Source: a virus
Taxonomy: Duplodnaviria > Caudoviricetes
Reading direction: 5' to 3' (one strand)
Virus record (IMG/VR): IMGVR_UViG_3300049859_000130
Coordinates: 1 to 33,506 of that record
DNA length: 33,506 nt
Position numbers and translations under genes: made by a program
The notes under the pieces: model-generated
Told to the model about the DNA's origin: nothing
The model's input: only the letters and a program-made list of their open reading frames with translations
Database searches by the model: none
Shown here: one piece after another, positions 8,515 through 17,196 of the stretch
Position numbering within the stretch: position 1 is the first letter of the stretch
Layout of the letters: each line of letters begins with the position of its first letter

Positions 8515-9378
8515 ATGACTGACAAGACAACTCTCGGCGATCGTATGAAAGAGTACGAAGCCACCACACGAAGCCACCTCCTTCGCCGCACGCCTGTAAT
8601 CATTCGGGTCGACGGACGAGCATTCCACACGTTCACGAAACGTCTTGTAGAAGAGAAAAAGTTTAGTGCACGCGGCCCCCTGTTTGACAACCAGATCATT
8701 GATCCGTCCCTGAAAGTCTCACCGTTCAGTGAAGTCATGCACGAAACAATGGCTGCAACAAGTGCGTCACTGTTCAACCAAGTCCAGAACGCTGTGTTCG
8801 TTTACACACAGAGCGACGAGATCTCTATTGTGTTGAGAGACTGGGACCGCCACGAAACACAACAGTGGTTCGGTGGCAACGTTCAGAAAATGTGTTCATT
8901 GTCAGCAAGCGTTGCATCCGCCGCATTCAACTACCACCTCGAACGAATTGCCGAAGGAGGCAAACCTACGTGGGTTGGTGATCTCGCTCACTTTGACAGT
9001 CGTGTGTTCAATCTTCCCAAGGAAGAAGTTGTCAACTACTTCATCTGGCGTCAACAGGACGCTTCACGCAACAGCGTGCAGATGTACGGGCGTTTCTTCT
9101 TTTCACAAAAGGAAATGGTCGGTAAGTCCAACAGCGAAGTACAAGACATGCTGATGCTACAACACGGAAAGAACTGGAACGATTTGAAGACGTGGATGAA
9201 GCGTGGGTCGGCTGTATATCAGCACCCCAAGTGGAGTCCTACTCTGTCGTCACCACGATACTTCATCGACGATGACATTCCTATTTTCACACAGGACAGA
9301 AATTTTGTTGAACAGCACCTTGTTCCTCCGCAAGAGGATGAGTGGTACGAAGGATCCGAACCGCAGGAGGGACCATGA
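8515..9378 (+). CDS. thg1: tRNA(His) guanylyltransferase Thg1-like protein (3'-5' polymerase)
   Basis: RMKEYE, IIRVDGRAFHTFT, YTQSDEIS, FDSRVF, NYFIWRQQDASRNS. Confidence 0.93.
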   Translation: MTDKTTLGDRMKEYEATTRSHLLRRTPVIIRVDGRAFHTFTKRLVEEKKFSARGPLFDNQIIDPSLKVSPFSEVMHETMAATSASLFNQVQNAVFVYTQSDEISIVLRDWDRHETQQWFGGNVQKMCSLSASVASAAFNYHLERIAEGGKPTWVGDLAHFDSRVFNLPKEEVVNYFIWRQQDASRNSVQMYGRFFFSQKEMVGKSNSEVQDMLMLQHGKNWNDLKTWMKRGSAVYQHPKWSPTLSSPRYFIDDDIPIFTQDRNFVEQHLVPPQEDEWYEGSEPQEGP

Positions 9379-9704
9379 GCGAAAAAGAACTACTGATTGA
9401 CTACAAGTCAATGAAGTACGTACACTCACTGGATGATCTTCCTGTTGTTGGGAAGGATGATTGTTATGCTATTCTCGTGTTCGGTAGCATTTACATTCCT
9501 GGCGACGAACGAAGCAGAACTAATCCTGGGCACGGCTATCCAGGAGGCTCTGAACCAAAAACTGACTTCGTTGTGTTCGCAAGTCGAGAGGCATGGGAAC
9601 ATGAAATCCGTCGTAAGATGCAAAACAAATACGGTGAACCACGAGAATGGGTGCCTATTGTCTTTCGACGTGCAACAATTACAACAAACGTGACGGTACT
9701 ATAA
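9375..9704 (+). CDS. Hypothetical phage protein
   Basis: ATG 9375 after AGGAGG; ATGA overlap with thg1; GDERSRTNPGHGYP motif. Confidence 0.7.
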   Translation: MSEKELLIDYKSMKYVHSLDDLPVVGKDDCYAILVFGSIYIPGDERSRTNPGHGYPGGSEPKTDFVVFASREAWEHEIRRKMQNKYGEPREWVPIVFRRATITTNVTVL

Positions 9705-9901
9705 TGAGCGAAGAACAAACATACGTGTATGATAACTTGGAAGTCAGAAAGACAGGTAGAACTGCCAAAAAGGTTCTACGAAGCAACAAAGTCGATGAAC
9801 TGTTTGAGATCACCCCCGTCGACGAAAAGGTCGGCACGTGGAAGAAGTGGGTGCGTGATGCAGAACTGTTTGAGGTAGAACCAGAGGGAGACGAAGAATG
9901 A
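9704..9901 (+). CDS. Hypothetical protein
   Basis: TAATG coupling upstream and ATGA coupling to thyA downstream. Confidence 0.7.
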   Translation: MSEEQTYVYDNLEVRKTGRTAKKVLRSNKVDELFEITPVDEKVGTWKKWVRDAELFEVEPEGDEE

Positions 9902-10869
9902 CATCATTTCACGACGATGAGTACACAAAACTCGTCAATTACGTGTTCAACTATGGAGTACGCAAACCCAACCGCACTGGCGTGGACACAATTGGTGTGT
10001 TCAGCTATCAAATGCGTTTCAATTTACGCGATGGTACTATTCCGTTGCTTACAACAAAAAAGGTTCATACCAAGTCAATCATCCATGAATTGCTGTGGAT
10101 GATGTCTGGTGACAGCAACATCAAGTATCTGAAAGACAACGGCGTTACTATTTGGGACGAGTGGGCAGACGAAAACGGTGATCTCGGTCCTGTGTATGGT
10201 GTTCAGTGGCGAAACTGGCAGCAGTTTCAGTTCGTCCCAGCACACGCAGAGGGCAGTGAATGGGTTCCTGACGAGCACCGCGTCAATCATATCGACCAGA
10301 TTGCTGTTTTGGTTGACAAACTGAAGAACAACCCACTCGATCGACGTTTGATCGTTTCAGCGTGGAACGTCGCTGACCTTCCACAAATGAAGCTCCCACC
10401 ATGTCACTATGCTTTCCAGTTCTATACAAGACCGTTAACGCTCCTCGAGCGAGTCAGACACGCATCTAAAACGCACTACGTGCCAGATGACATTTCTGAA
10501 GCAGACCTTGAACAGGTGTTTGGTGTCAACGGTGTACCAAAGTACGAGCTCTCGTTGATGTTGAACCAGCGATCGTGTGATATCGGACTTGGTGTTCCTT
10601 TCAACATCGTACAATACAGTTTCATCCTGCGCATGTTTTGCGAGGTTGCCAACATGATACCAGGTGAGTTCATCTGGAATGGTGGTGATACGCACGTGTA
10701 CGTCAATCACATTGACGCTCTCAAGGAACAACTGGCTCGTGTTGCGTATCCGTCACCATCGTTCAAGTTCGCTCGAAAGGTCGCTGACATCAACGACTTC
10801 AAATATGAAGACTTTGTCATACGAGGATACGAAAGCCATCCCGCCATCAAGATGGAGGTTGCTGTATGA
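9898..10869 (+). CDS. thyA: Thymidylate synthase
   Basis: NRTG, PLLTTKK, IWDEWA, LGPVYGVQWR, RRLIVSAWN, LPPCH, QRSCDIGLGVPFNI. Confidence 0.97.
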   Translation: MTSFHDDEYTKLVNYVFNYGVRKPNRTGVDTIGVFSYQMRFNLRDGTIPLLTTKKVHTKSIIHELLWMMSGDSNIKYLKDNGVTIWDEWADENGDLGPVYGVQWRNWQQFQFVPAHAEGSEWVPDEHRVNHIDQIAVLVDKLKNNPLDRRLIVSAWNVADLPQMKLPPCHYAFQFYTRPLTLLERVRHASKTHYVPDDISEADLEQVFGVNGVPKYELSLMLNQRSCDIGLGVPFNIVQYSFILRMFCEVANMIPGEFIWNGGDTHVYVNHIDALKEQLARVAYPSPSFKFARKVADINDFKYEDFVIRGYESHPAIKMEVAV

Positions 10870-11219
10870 TCGTTTACAAACTTCGAGCACAAGACGGAAC
10901 ATACGTAACAGGTCGCTATGCCACCAAGTTTGGTCCAATGGAAAAAGCACGCAAGTGGAAACGTATCGGTGATCTAAAGAATCATCTCCAGCGACGTGGT
11001 AGCCATACTGGCACTTATCTCAGCAAGCATGTCGTTGTTGAAGAGTGTGAGGTCACAGAAACTCCAAAGACTTACACACCTGTCTCTGACTTCATTCACG
11101 AGCTTGAGAAAAAGAAACAGGAAAAGGAACAACAACGTAAAGCATACCAGGAGAAATTGGAACAAGATCGACGTCGTCAACTGTACGACCAGTTGAAAAA
11201 AGAATTCGACAATCAATAA
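10866..11219 (+). CDS. Hypothetical protein with C-terminal charged coiled coil
   Basis: ATGA overlap with thyA; GGAGG RBS. Confidence 0.7.
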   Translation: MIVYKLRAQDGTYVTGRYATKFGPMEKARKWKRIGDLKNHLQRRGSHTGTYLSKHVVVEECEVTETPKTYTPVSDFIHELEKKKQEKEQQRKAYQEKLEQDRRRQLYDQLKKEFDNQ

Positions 11220-11222
11220 ATA
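11216..11222 (+). promoter_or_regulatory. Late-promoter-like motif
   Basis: ATAAATA overlapping the upstream TAA stop, about 22 nt before ATG 11245. Confidence 0.55.
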
Positions 11223-11244
11223 ACAATAGCTGTTTCGAGCGGAG

Positions 11245-11598
11245 ATGACACAAATGAGCGATTTCAAAGTTGCGTACAAGACCCGAAACATTAACTCGAA
11301 GAGACTTCTCAACGAGTTCAAGAAGGTTGTCGAAGACGTTTGCGACGAGTACATCTCTCGTCAGCACACTTTGCTCGACAAAACATACAAATTCGACGAA
11401 CTTGTCGGCTTTCTTGAGATGTATTTGGAGGATATGCGCGAAAAAGGCATCATTTCACAGTGGGATGTCATTGGGGACCATCGCATCAACACCGAGCCAA
11501 ACATCCGCCGCGGCATTATCAAGGTGCTCGTTTCTTTCCGGCAGACAAACTGCTTGAATATCTCCCAAATCGAGATGACGTTTAACGGAGATAGTTGA
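11245..11598 (+). CDS. Stand-alone tail-sheath C-terminal-domain-like protein
   Basis: NINSKRLL...YLEDMREKGIISQWDVIGDHRINTEPNIRRGIIKVLVSFRQTNCLNISQIEM parallels the sheath C-terminal pattern INVRRL...FL.D....GI.DF.VVCD..NNT...I......IYIKP..SIN.I.L. Confidence 0.55.
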   Translation: MTQMSDFKVAYKTRNINSKRLLNEFKKVVEDVCDEYISRQHTLLDKTYKFDELVGFLEMYLEDMREKGIISQWDVIGDHRINTEPNIRRGIIKVLVSFRQTNCLNISQIEMTFNGDS

Positions 11599-11623
11599 CC
11601 CCTTTAGGGGTTTGTGGTATAAT
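11595..11623 (+). promoter_or_regulatory. Sigma70-like promoter with extended -10
   Basis: TTGACC (11595-11600), 17 bp spacer, TGgTATAAT (-10 at 11618-11623). Confidence 0.85.
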
Positions 11624-11655
11624 GGCCTCTGTATTTCATGTACGGAGACCAGTAA

Positions 11656-13599
11656 ATGCTCACCTTTGAACAAGGCACCAAAACCGCCCAAGAAATGTTC
11701 GTTCTTGGCTCTTTCGAAGACTTCGATTTGGAAGATATCCTCGAAGTTCTTACCGCAGCAGACGATCTCTACACGAACGACGGCGAGTCGTTCCTTACCG
11801 ACGAGCAATACGACGCTCTAAAACGCTACACACACCGCCTGGCACCTTCCCACGTGTACTTCACGGGTGTTGGAAGCTCTGTGCGTGGTGGCAAGATCAA
11901 ACTGCCGTTCAAGATGGGCTCGCTGACCCAAGCATACGAGGGCGACATGCCGAAATGGGTTGAGAAGTACACCCTCGGCGAAAAACAGCTCGTAATCACC
12001 GAGAAACTGGACGGTGTTAGCGTGCTGATCATCTACGGCGAAAAGGGCAAACTGCAAATCGCTTACAGCCGAGGCGACGGAGTTGAAGGTGCGGACATTA
12101 CCCGCCACATCTCCAAAATCAAGAGTGTTCCGTCCAATGTGAAAGAACCGATGGTTGTTCGTGCTGAGGCAATCATCAGCAAAGCAAACTTCAAGAAAGT
12201 GCAGACGGTTGCCAAGCGTCGCGGTGGTCAAGCGTACAAGAACGCTCGCAATATGATGGCAGGCGTGATGAACGCTTCCGCGAACGCCGAAGTGGTTTAT
12301 GACTACATTGACGTTGTCGGCTACGAAGTGATTCGTCCGGAAGGAATGCCGAAACGTGAACAGCTTCGGCTTCTCAAAGAGCGTGGTTTCACACATCCGA
12401 AGTTCTCTTCAGCACCAGGTTCGTGGTTTACTGACGCCAATCTTGCGGCGGTTCTTGAAGAATACCGCGACAACTCTGCTTATGAGATTGACGGTCTTGT
12501 GATTGAGATTGACAACGCTGAGATCCGCGCCAAAGTCAATCCGAGCAAAGACACTCTTAATCCTGAATTCGCTCGCAAATTCAAGATTGCTGACGCTTCC
12601 AACCTTGCCATCGCGACTGTCAAGGAAGTCGAGTGGAACATCTCGAAGGACGGCTACTTGAAGCCTCGTGTCAAGATCGCGCCGGTTGAGCTTGTTGGTG
12701 TTACAGTTCAGCATGCTACTGGCTTCAATGCGAAGTTCATCAGCGAGAACAAGATCGGTCCGGGAGCACAGATCAAGATTACTCGTTCCGGCGACGTGAT
12801 CCCGTTCATCCTTGAAGTTGTCAAGCCTGCCAAGCAGGCTTCGATGCCGACTCAGGATGCTGAGTGGACGAAGACTGGTGTTGACCTCGTGCTGAAAAAC
12901 GCAAGTACAAACAGCACCGTCAAGTTCGAACAGTTGAATGACTTCTTTGCGTCGATCGACGCACCGCATCTTCGGGAGGGGAACCTTCAAGTGATCTTCG
13001 ATGCGGGTTTCGAAACGCCTGAGAGCATCATCGAACTGACCCAGGAAGATTTCGCTTCACTGCTTGGCTCACAACCGATCGGCAAAAAGGTGTTCCAAGG
13101 TCTCCGTGAAAAGCTGACGAACATTCCGATGTACGTGCTGATGGGTTCACACTCTGCGTTCGGTCGTGGTGTTGGTGTTCGCAAAATGAAGAAGCTGTAC
13201 GAAGCGTTTGACGGCGACATGACGAAGTGCGCGAAGGTGCCGAACATCCTCACTGTTGAAGGTTTCGAGCAGAAAACTGCATCGAAAATCGCTGCTGGCT
13301 ATCCGAAATTCCAGGAGTTCCTTGGCAAGATCAAGAAGTACGTGTCGATCGCCAAGTACGAATCGAAGAAGGGTGGCTCGTTGAGCGGTCAGACGTTTGT
13401 CTTCACTGGCTTCCGTTCGAAGGAACTCGAGAAACTGGTCGAAGATCAAGGCGGCAAAATGGGCAGTGCTGTCAGCGGCAACACGACGTACCTTGTTGCC
13501 GAAGACAAAGACAGCACGTCTGGCAAGGCTACCAAAGCTCGCGAGCTCGGCGTCAAGGTTATCGGCGTCGAAGACCTGAACAAGATGCTGGGGATCTAA
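11656..13599 (+). CDS. ligA: NAD-dependent DNA ligase
   Basis: Domain Ia (Y...G...LTDEQYD), EKLDG, YSRGDG..G.DIT, YEIDGLVI, RSGDVIP, HhH region, C-terminal BRCT (FVFTGF...GG...SAVS..T.YLV). Confidence 0.95.
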   Translation: MLTFEQGTKTAQEMFVLGSFEDFDLEDILEVLTAADDLYTNDGESFLTDEQYDALKRYTHRLAPSHVYFTGVGSSVRGGKIKLPFKMGSLTQAYEGDMPKWVEKYTLGEKQLVITEKLDGVSVLIIYGEKGKLQIAYSRGDGVEGADITRHISKIKSVPSNVKEPMVVRAEAIISKANFKKVQTVAKRRGGQAYKNARNMMAGVMNASANAEVVYDYIDVVGYEVIRPEGMPKREQLRLLKERGFTHPKFSSAPGSWFTDANLAAVLEEYRDNSAYEIDGLVIEIDNAEIRAKVNPSKDTLNPEFARKFKIADASNLAIATVKEVEWNISKDGYLKPRVKIAPVELVGVTVQHATGFNAKFISENKIGPGAQIKITRSGDVIPFILEVVKPAKQASMPTQDAEWTKTGVDLVLKNASTNSTVKFEQLNDFFASIDAPHLREGNLQVIFDAGFETPESIIELTQEDFASLLGSQPIGKKVFQGLREKLTNIPMYVLMGSHSAFGRGVGVRKMKKLYEAFDGDMTKCAKVPNILTVEGFEQKTASKIAAGYPKFQEFLGKIKKYVSIAKYESKKGGSLSGQTFVFTGFRSKELEKLVEDQGGKMGSAVSGNTTYLVAEDKDSTSGKATKARELGVKVIGVEDLNKMLGI

Positions 13600-13600
13600 T

Positions 13601-14092
13601 ATGTATCTGCTTCCCGCCTTCAAACAACTTGACCTTTTTCGTCTTCACGATGTCATTCGGAAGATTGAGAGGGGTCAGTTGATTGGCCGAGGAGAGGGAC
13701 AGACCGTTGCACGTGCTTATTTGATGCTCGGTGAATTGGAACTTGGCGACACCAACGCTCGTTATCTTTATGTTGGTGAGAACTCTTTGTGCACGAAGTG
13801 GTTCGCTCGTGAATTTCACGTGTTGGTTGGTGAGCTGTTTCCTGAAATGAAAGGCACGATTGATTCACGCAGTGATTGGTCTCCTGACACAATCGTTGTG
13901 CCCAACGGCCAAGTGTATCGGTTCATGTGTGCTGAGCGGATGGTGCAAAACAGTGCAGAGGCGCTTCGTGGTCAAAGGTTTGACAAAGTGTTTTTCGATG
14001 TTTCGTGGGTCATGCAAGATGATCTCGACCGTGAAGGGCGTTTGACGGAAGCAATGATCATTCTCCAAGAGAATGGCGCAGAATTTGTATAA
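13601..14092 (+). CDS. Hypothetical protein resembling a degenerate terminase-like P-loop domain
   Basis: GRGEGQT (Walker A-like, no Lys) and LRGQRFDKVFFDV (Walker B-like, no Glu). Confidence 0.5.
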   Translation: MYLLPAFKQLDLFRLHDVIRKIERGQLIGRGEGQTVARAYLMLGELELGDTNARYLYVGENSLCTKWFAREFHVLVGELFPEMKGTIDSRSDWSPDTIVVPNGQVYRFMCAERMVQNSAEALRGQRFDKVFFDVSWVMQDDLDREGRLTEAMIILQENGAEFV

Positions 14093-14101
14093 GGACTGAA
14101 C

Positions 14102-14761
14102 ATGACCGAAGAACAATACAGAGAAGCATACAGAGAGGCAATCAGGCAGGCACAGGAGCAAGCACGCAAGGCACAAATCGAACGCGTGCAAGCAGCTCGA
14201 AGGGCCGCGGAACGTCAACAAATGCTCGATGAAGCACCACGCAGAAAATATGCGGTGATTGCTGCCGTCGACATACACGGTGGCTTTGCCAAAGACGGAC
14301 AGATTCCATGGCATCATCCTCAAGACCTCAAGTGGTTCAAGAACAGAACCACCGGACAAATTTGTGTAATGGGAAGAACAACATATGAAGATATCAATAA
14401 TCGCCTGGATGGCAAGAATGCAACCAGTGCTCTACCCGATCGCCGCTGTTTTGTTGTTAGTTCTGCTGTTGAAGAACTTACTAATGCAACTGCGGTAAAG
14501 AGCATCGGTGAAGTCGAGAAGCACCTCACAGACGACGATCTGGAAAAAACAATCTTCTTCATCGGCGGTGAGCGAATCTTCCAGGAAGGGATTGCACTTG
14601 CTGATACAGCGTATATTACGGCTATCAACAAGGCGTACAACTGCGATAAATTCTTCCCTACCAAATACCTCATGGAGCAGTTTGTTACCGACAAGGTCTA
14701 CAAGCACAACGAAGCTCCCGACGTACGTTTCACGATTTGGAAGCGACGCGAAACAGCTTGA
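14102..14761 (+). CDS. folA: Dihydrofolate reductase with N-terminal charged helical extension
   Basis: IAAVD..GG...DGQIPWH.PQDLKWFK..T, VMGRTTYE, LPDRRCFVVS, FFIGGERIF, CDKFFP. Confidence 0.92.
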   Translation: MTEEQYREAYREAIRQAQEQARKAQIERVQAARRAAERQQMLDEAPRRKYAVIAAVDIHGGFAKDGQIPWHHPQDLKWFKNRTTGQICVMGRTTYEDINNRLDGKNATSALPDRRCFVVSSAVEELTNATAVKSIGEVEKHLTDDDLEKTIFFIGGERIFQEGIALADTAYITAINKAYNCDKFFPTKYLMEQFVTDKVYKHNEAPDVRFTIWKRRETA

Positions 14762-14786
14762 CCTTTCACCCATTTTACGGTACAAT
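14758..14786 (+). promoter_or_regulatory. Sigma70-like promoter
   Basis: TTGACC (14758-14763), 17 bp spacer, TACAAT (14781-14786). Confidence 0.75.
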
Positions 14787-14814
14787 CCCCACACCTAACA
14801 TAGGGGGCAGTAAA

Positions 14815-15876
14815 ATGGCACACTTACTAACACGCGAGCAGTTCCGGGAAGGCGTTTTCGCCAGGGACAACTATCGCTGCGTGTTTTGTGAGGCCCCGGC
14901 AGTAGACGCCCATCACATTCTCGAGCGACGTCTTTGGCCCGACGGAGGCTATTACCTCGAGAACGGTGCCAGCGTTTGTGCCAAACACCATCTCGAATGT
15001 GAAATGACGCTAATCAGTGTCGAAAGCGTTCGTGAAATGTGCGGCCTCTCAAACGTCAATCCTTGTCTGCCGCCGCACCTGTACTCTGACCAAGTGTACG
15101 ATAAGTGGGGCAACATTGTGCTGGACGCTGCTCGTAGACTTCCTGGTGAACTGTTCGACGATGAAAGCGTTCAGAAAATTCTCAAGGAAGGCAATGTTCT
15201 TCATCTGTTTATCAAGTACGTTAAGTATCCTCGCACGTTCCATCTTCCGTGGTCGCCAGGGATGAACGATGACGATCGCATGATGCCGGATGTATCAATC
15301 TTCGAGGGAAAGAATGTGATCGTTCACGAGAAGCTTGATGGTGAGAACACGTCGATGTACAACGACTATATTCATGCACGCAGCATTACGTCGGGTGCAC
15401 ACGAAAGCCGTGATTGGATCAAAGCTCTTCATGGAATGATTGGCTACAATATTCCAGATGGTTGGAGAATCAATTGCGAAAATATGTACGCAGAGCATTC
15501 CATTCCGTACACAAACCTGGAGACGTATGCCTACGGATTTGCTGTTTGGGATGAAACAAATCACATCCTCGACTGGAAAACGACGCTTGAATGGTTCGAT
15601 CTCATTGGTGTCACTCCTTGTCCTTGGATCTACTGGGGACCGTTTGACCGCAAGGCAATCGACGAAGCGTATGCCAAGCTGCAAAAAGAACACGTTTGCG
15701 AAGGTTACGTGATTAGGGTTGACGAACGGTTTCATATGAGAGAGTTTCGCCAAAAGATCGGTAAATATGTCCGTAAAGGGCATATTCAAACAACGAAACA
15801 CTGGATGTATGGGCAAGCTGTCAAGCCGAACAAACTGAAGGAAGGCTTAACGGGCTTCGAAAAGGTGCTGAAATGA
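14815..15876 (+). CDS. HNH nuclease-RNA ligase (Rnl2-like ATP-dependent nucleotidyltransferase) fusion
   Basis: N-terminal RD.YRCVFC...DAHHI...N.ASVCAKHH; C-terminal KYPRTFHLPWSPG, EKLDGEN, EGYVIR, KYVR. ATG 14815 lies downstream of the promoter. Confidence 0.85.
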   Translation: MAHLLTREQFREGVFARDNYRCVFCEAPAVDAHHILERRLWPDGGYYLENGASVCAKHHLECEMTLISVESVREMCGLSNVNPCLPPHLYSDQVYDKWGNIVLDAARRLPGELFDDESVQKILKEGNVLHLFIKYVKYPRTFHLPWSPGMNDDDRMMPDVSIFEGKNVIVHEKLDGENTSMYNDYIHARSITSGAHESRDWIKALHGMIGYNIPDGWRINCENMYAEHSIPYTNLETYAYGFAVWDETNHILDWKTTLEWFDLIGVTPCPWIYWGPFDRKAIDEAYAKLQKEHVCEGYVIRVDERFHMREFRQKIGKYVRKGHIQTTKHWMYGQAVKPNKLKEGLTGFEKVLK

Positions 15877-16061
15877 GCAAGCCGAAGACAAGAGACGAAG
15901 CACATCTGCGTCGTAAGTTTGAACACGAGGATGAAATTCCTTATGAGATCGAACGGGAAGCTCGTGAGAACAAACGCATTTGGAAACGCCAGACAAGCAA
16001 GCTACACCGCAAGCTCGGCAAGCAACACATTGAACGTGAATTGAAAGGCGACGATGAGTGA
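15873..16061 (+). CDS. Small charged hypothetical protein
   Basis: Overlaps both neighbouring genes in the operon. Confidence 0.65.
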   Translation: MSKPKTRDEAHLRRKFEHEDEIPYEIEREARENKRIWKRQTSKLHRKLGKQHIERELKGDDE

Positions 16062-16395
16062 TACCAAACAGCTGTGGGAGATCCTTGTACCAACGCTTCA
16101 CCAGAACGGAAACCCGATCCGTACACGGTTTCACAGAGTGTGGGATGCAAAGGTCTACGAGATCACTGGTGGCCTTACGATCCTCACGCCCGCCAAAGGC
16201 AAGTGGGTGCCACAAGCTGGTGGTGTGATTGAGGAGCGAATGATTCCAGTTCGTATTGCCTGCACTCGTGAACAGATCGAGAAGATCGTCGACATGACGA
16301 TCGAGTACTACGACCAACAAGCTGTCCTGGCTTACAGGATTAGCGAAGAAGTGATTTTGAAATATGCTAAGGAGAAAAAGAATGAAGCTACGTGA
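16054..16395 (+). CDS. Hypothetical protein, possible PII-like/DUF3574/SAM-lyase fold
   Basis: GGLTI...KGKW......EERM..VRI......IEKI......YDQQAV pattern. Confidence 0.5.
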   Translation: MSDTKQLWEILVPTLHQNGNPIRTRFHRVWDAKVYEITGGLTILTPAKGKWVPQAGGVIEERMIPVRIACTREQIEKIVDMTIEYYDQQAVLAYRISEEVILKYAKEKKNEAT

Positions 16396-16918
16396 TTTAG
16401 TAAGACAACTTGAAGAACAGAAACAACAAAAGGGCTCGTACTCTGGTGTCCGTTTTGACACGGAGACGAACAAGGCTCTTCACGAGTACATGAAGGAAAA
16501 CAAAATCCCGAATGCTATTCGTCCGGACAAGCTGCACACAACTGTTCTATACAGCCGCAAATACCTCCCGAACTACAAGCCTGCTGGCAAGATCACTCCT
16601 CCGTGGACTGCTACGCCTGGTGATTTCACAGTGTGGGAGACGAACGGCGAGAACGGTCCAAAGACAAAGTGTCTGATCCTTCAATATGACTGCCCTGAGC
16701 TTGTCAGTCGTCACAAGTCGTTGATGAAAGAACACGAAGCAACGTTCGACTATCCTGAGTACAAGCCTCACATCACGTTGTCGTACGACGTTGACAACTT
16801 GGATGTCTCCAAGCTTCCAAGATTGGCTGATCGTCTGAAACAAATCCGCATCGCCGAAGAGTATGGTGAGGATCTTGATTTGAACTGGGCCAAGAACAAA
16901 GGCGCAAAGGGAGGCTGA
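16382..16918 (+). CDS. acb1: Anti-CBASS nuclease Acb1 (T4 gp57B-like 2H phosphoesterase)
   Basis: KLHTTVLYSR and YKPHITLSYD (two HxT motifs), RH...ATFDYPEY, and C-terminal EY.EDLDLNWA as in T4 57B. ATG 16382 follows AAGGAG. Confidence 0.85.
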   Translation: MKLRDLVRQLEEQKQQKGSYSGVRFDTETNKALHEYMKENKIPNAIRPDKLHTTVLYSRKYLPNYKPAGKITPPWTATPGDFTVWETNGENGPKTKCLILQYDCPELVSRHKSLMKEHEATFDYPEYKPHITLSYDVDNLDVSKLPRLADRLKQIRIAEEYGEDLDLNWAKNKGAKGG

Positions 16919-16920
16919 TC

Positions 16921-17196
16921 GTGCAGTTCGGTGTCCTCAACAAATCGGAACACGGCAAACCATACGGCATCACGCGTTATTGGGCTGAGCGTGATGGTGT
17001 TCGTATTGAGTTCGACGTACTTGAGATGCGAAATCGTGATACCTTTCCTATGGAATTTCATCCGCTGTTTGACTATATCGACAGCTTGTTCATCAAGAGC
17101 TACATGACCGACGAAGAGTACGAAAGGGTCGTGGCAAGCCGCACGGCCGCCGAGAAGCAGAGAATTGATGAACAGATTCGTAGTGGTGGACGTTGA
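16921..17196 (+). CDS. Hypothetical protein
   Basis: GTG start after GGAGG; fills the gap before the tmRNA promoter. Confidence 0.65.
   Translation: MQFGVLNKSEHGKPYGITRYWAERDGVRIEFDVLEMRNRDTFPMEFHPLFDYIDSLFIKSYMTDEEYERVVASRTAAEKQRIDEQIRSGGR

Noticed and set aside
9898-10869. ThyA as a base-modifying dCMP/dUMP hydroxymethylase
   Set aside because: It keeps the canonical motifs, including the dUMP-specifying Asn (PFNI), and DHFR is nearby. The insertions are short loops, not an intron or intein.
11818-13623. Long antisense ORFs opposite ligA (and similar ones opposite yeaH, ycgB and nrdJ)
   Set aside because: They have no RBS or motifs and are explained by codon bias on the coding strand.
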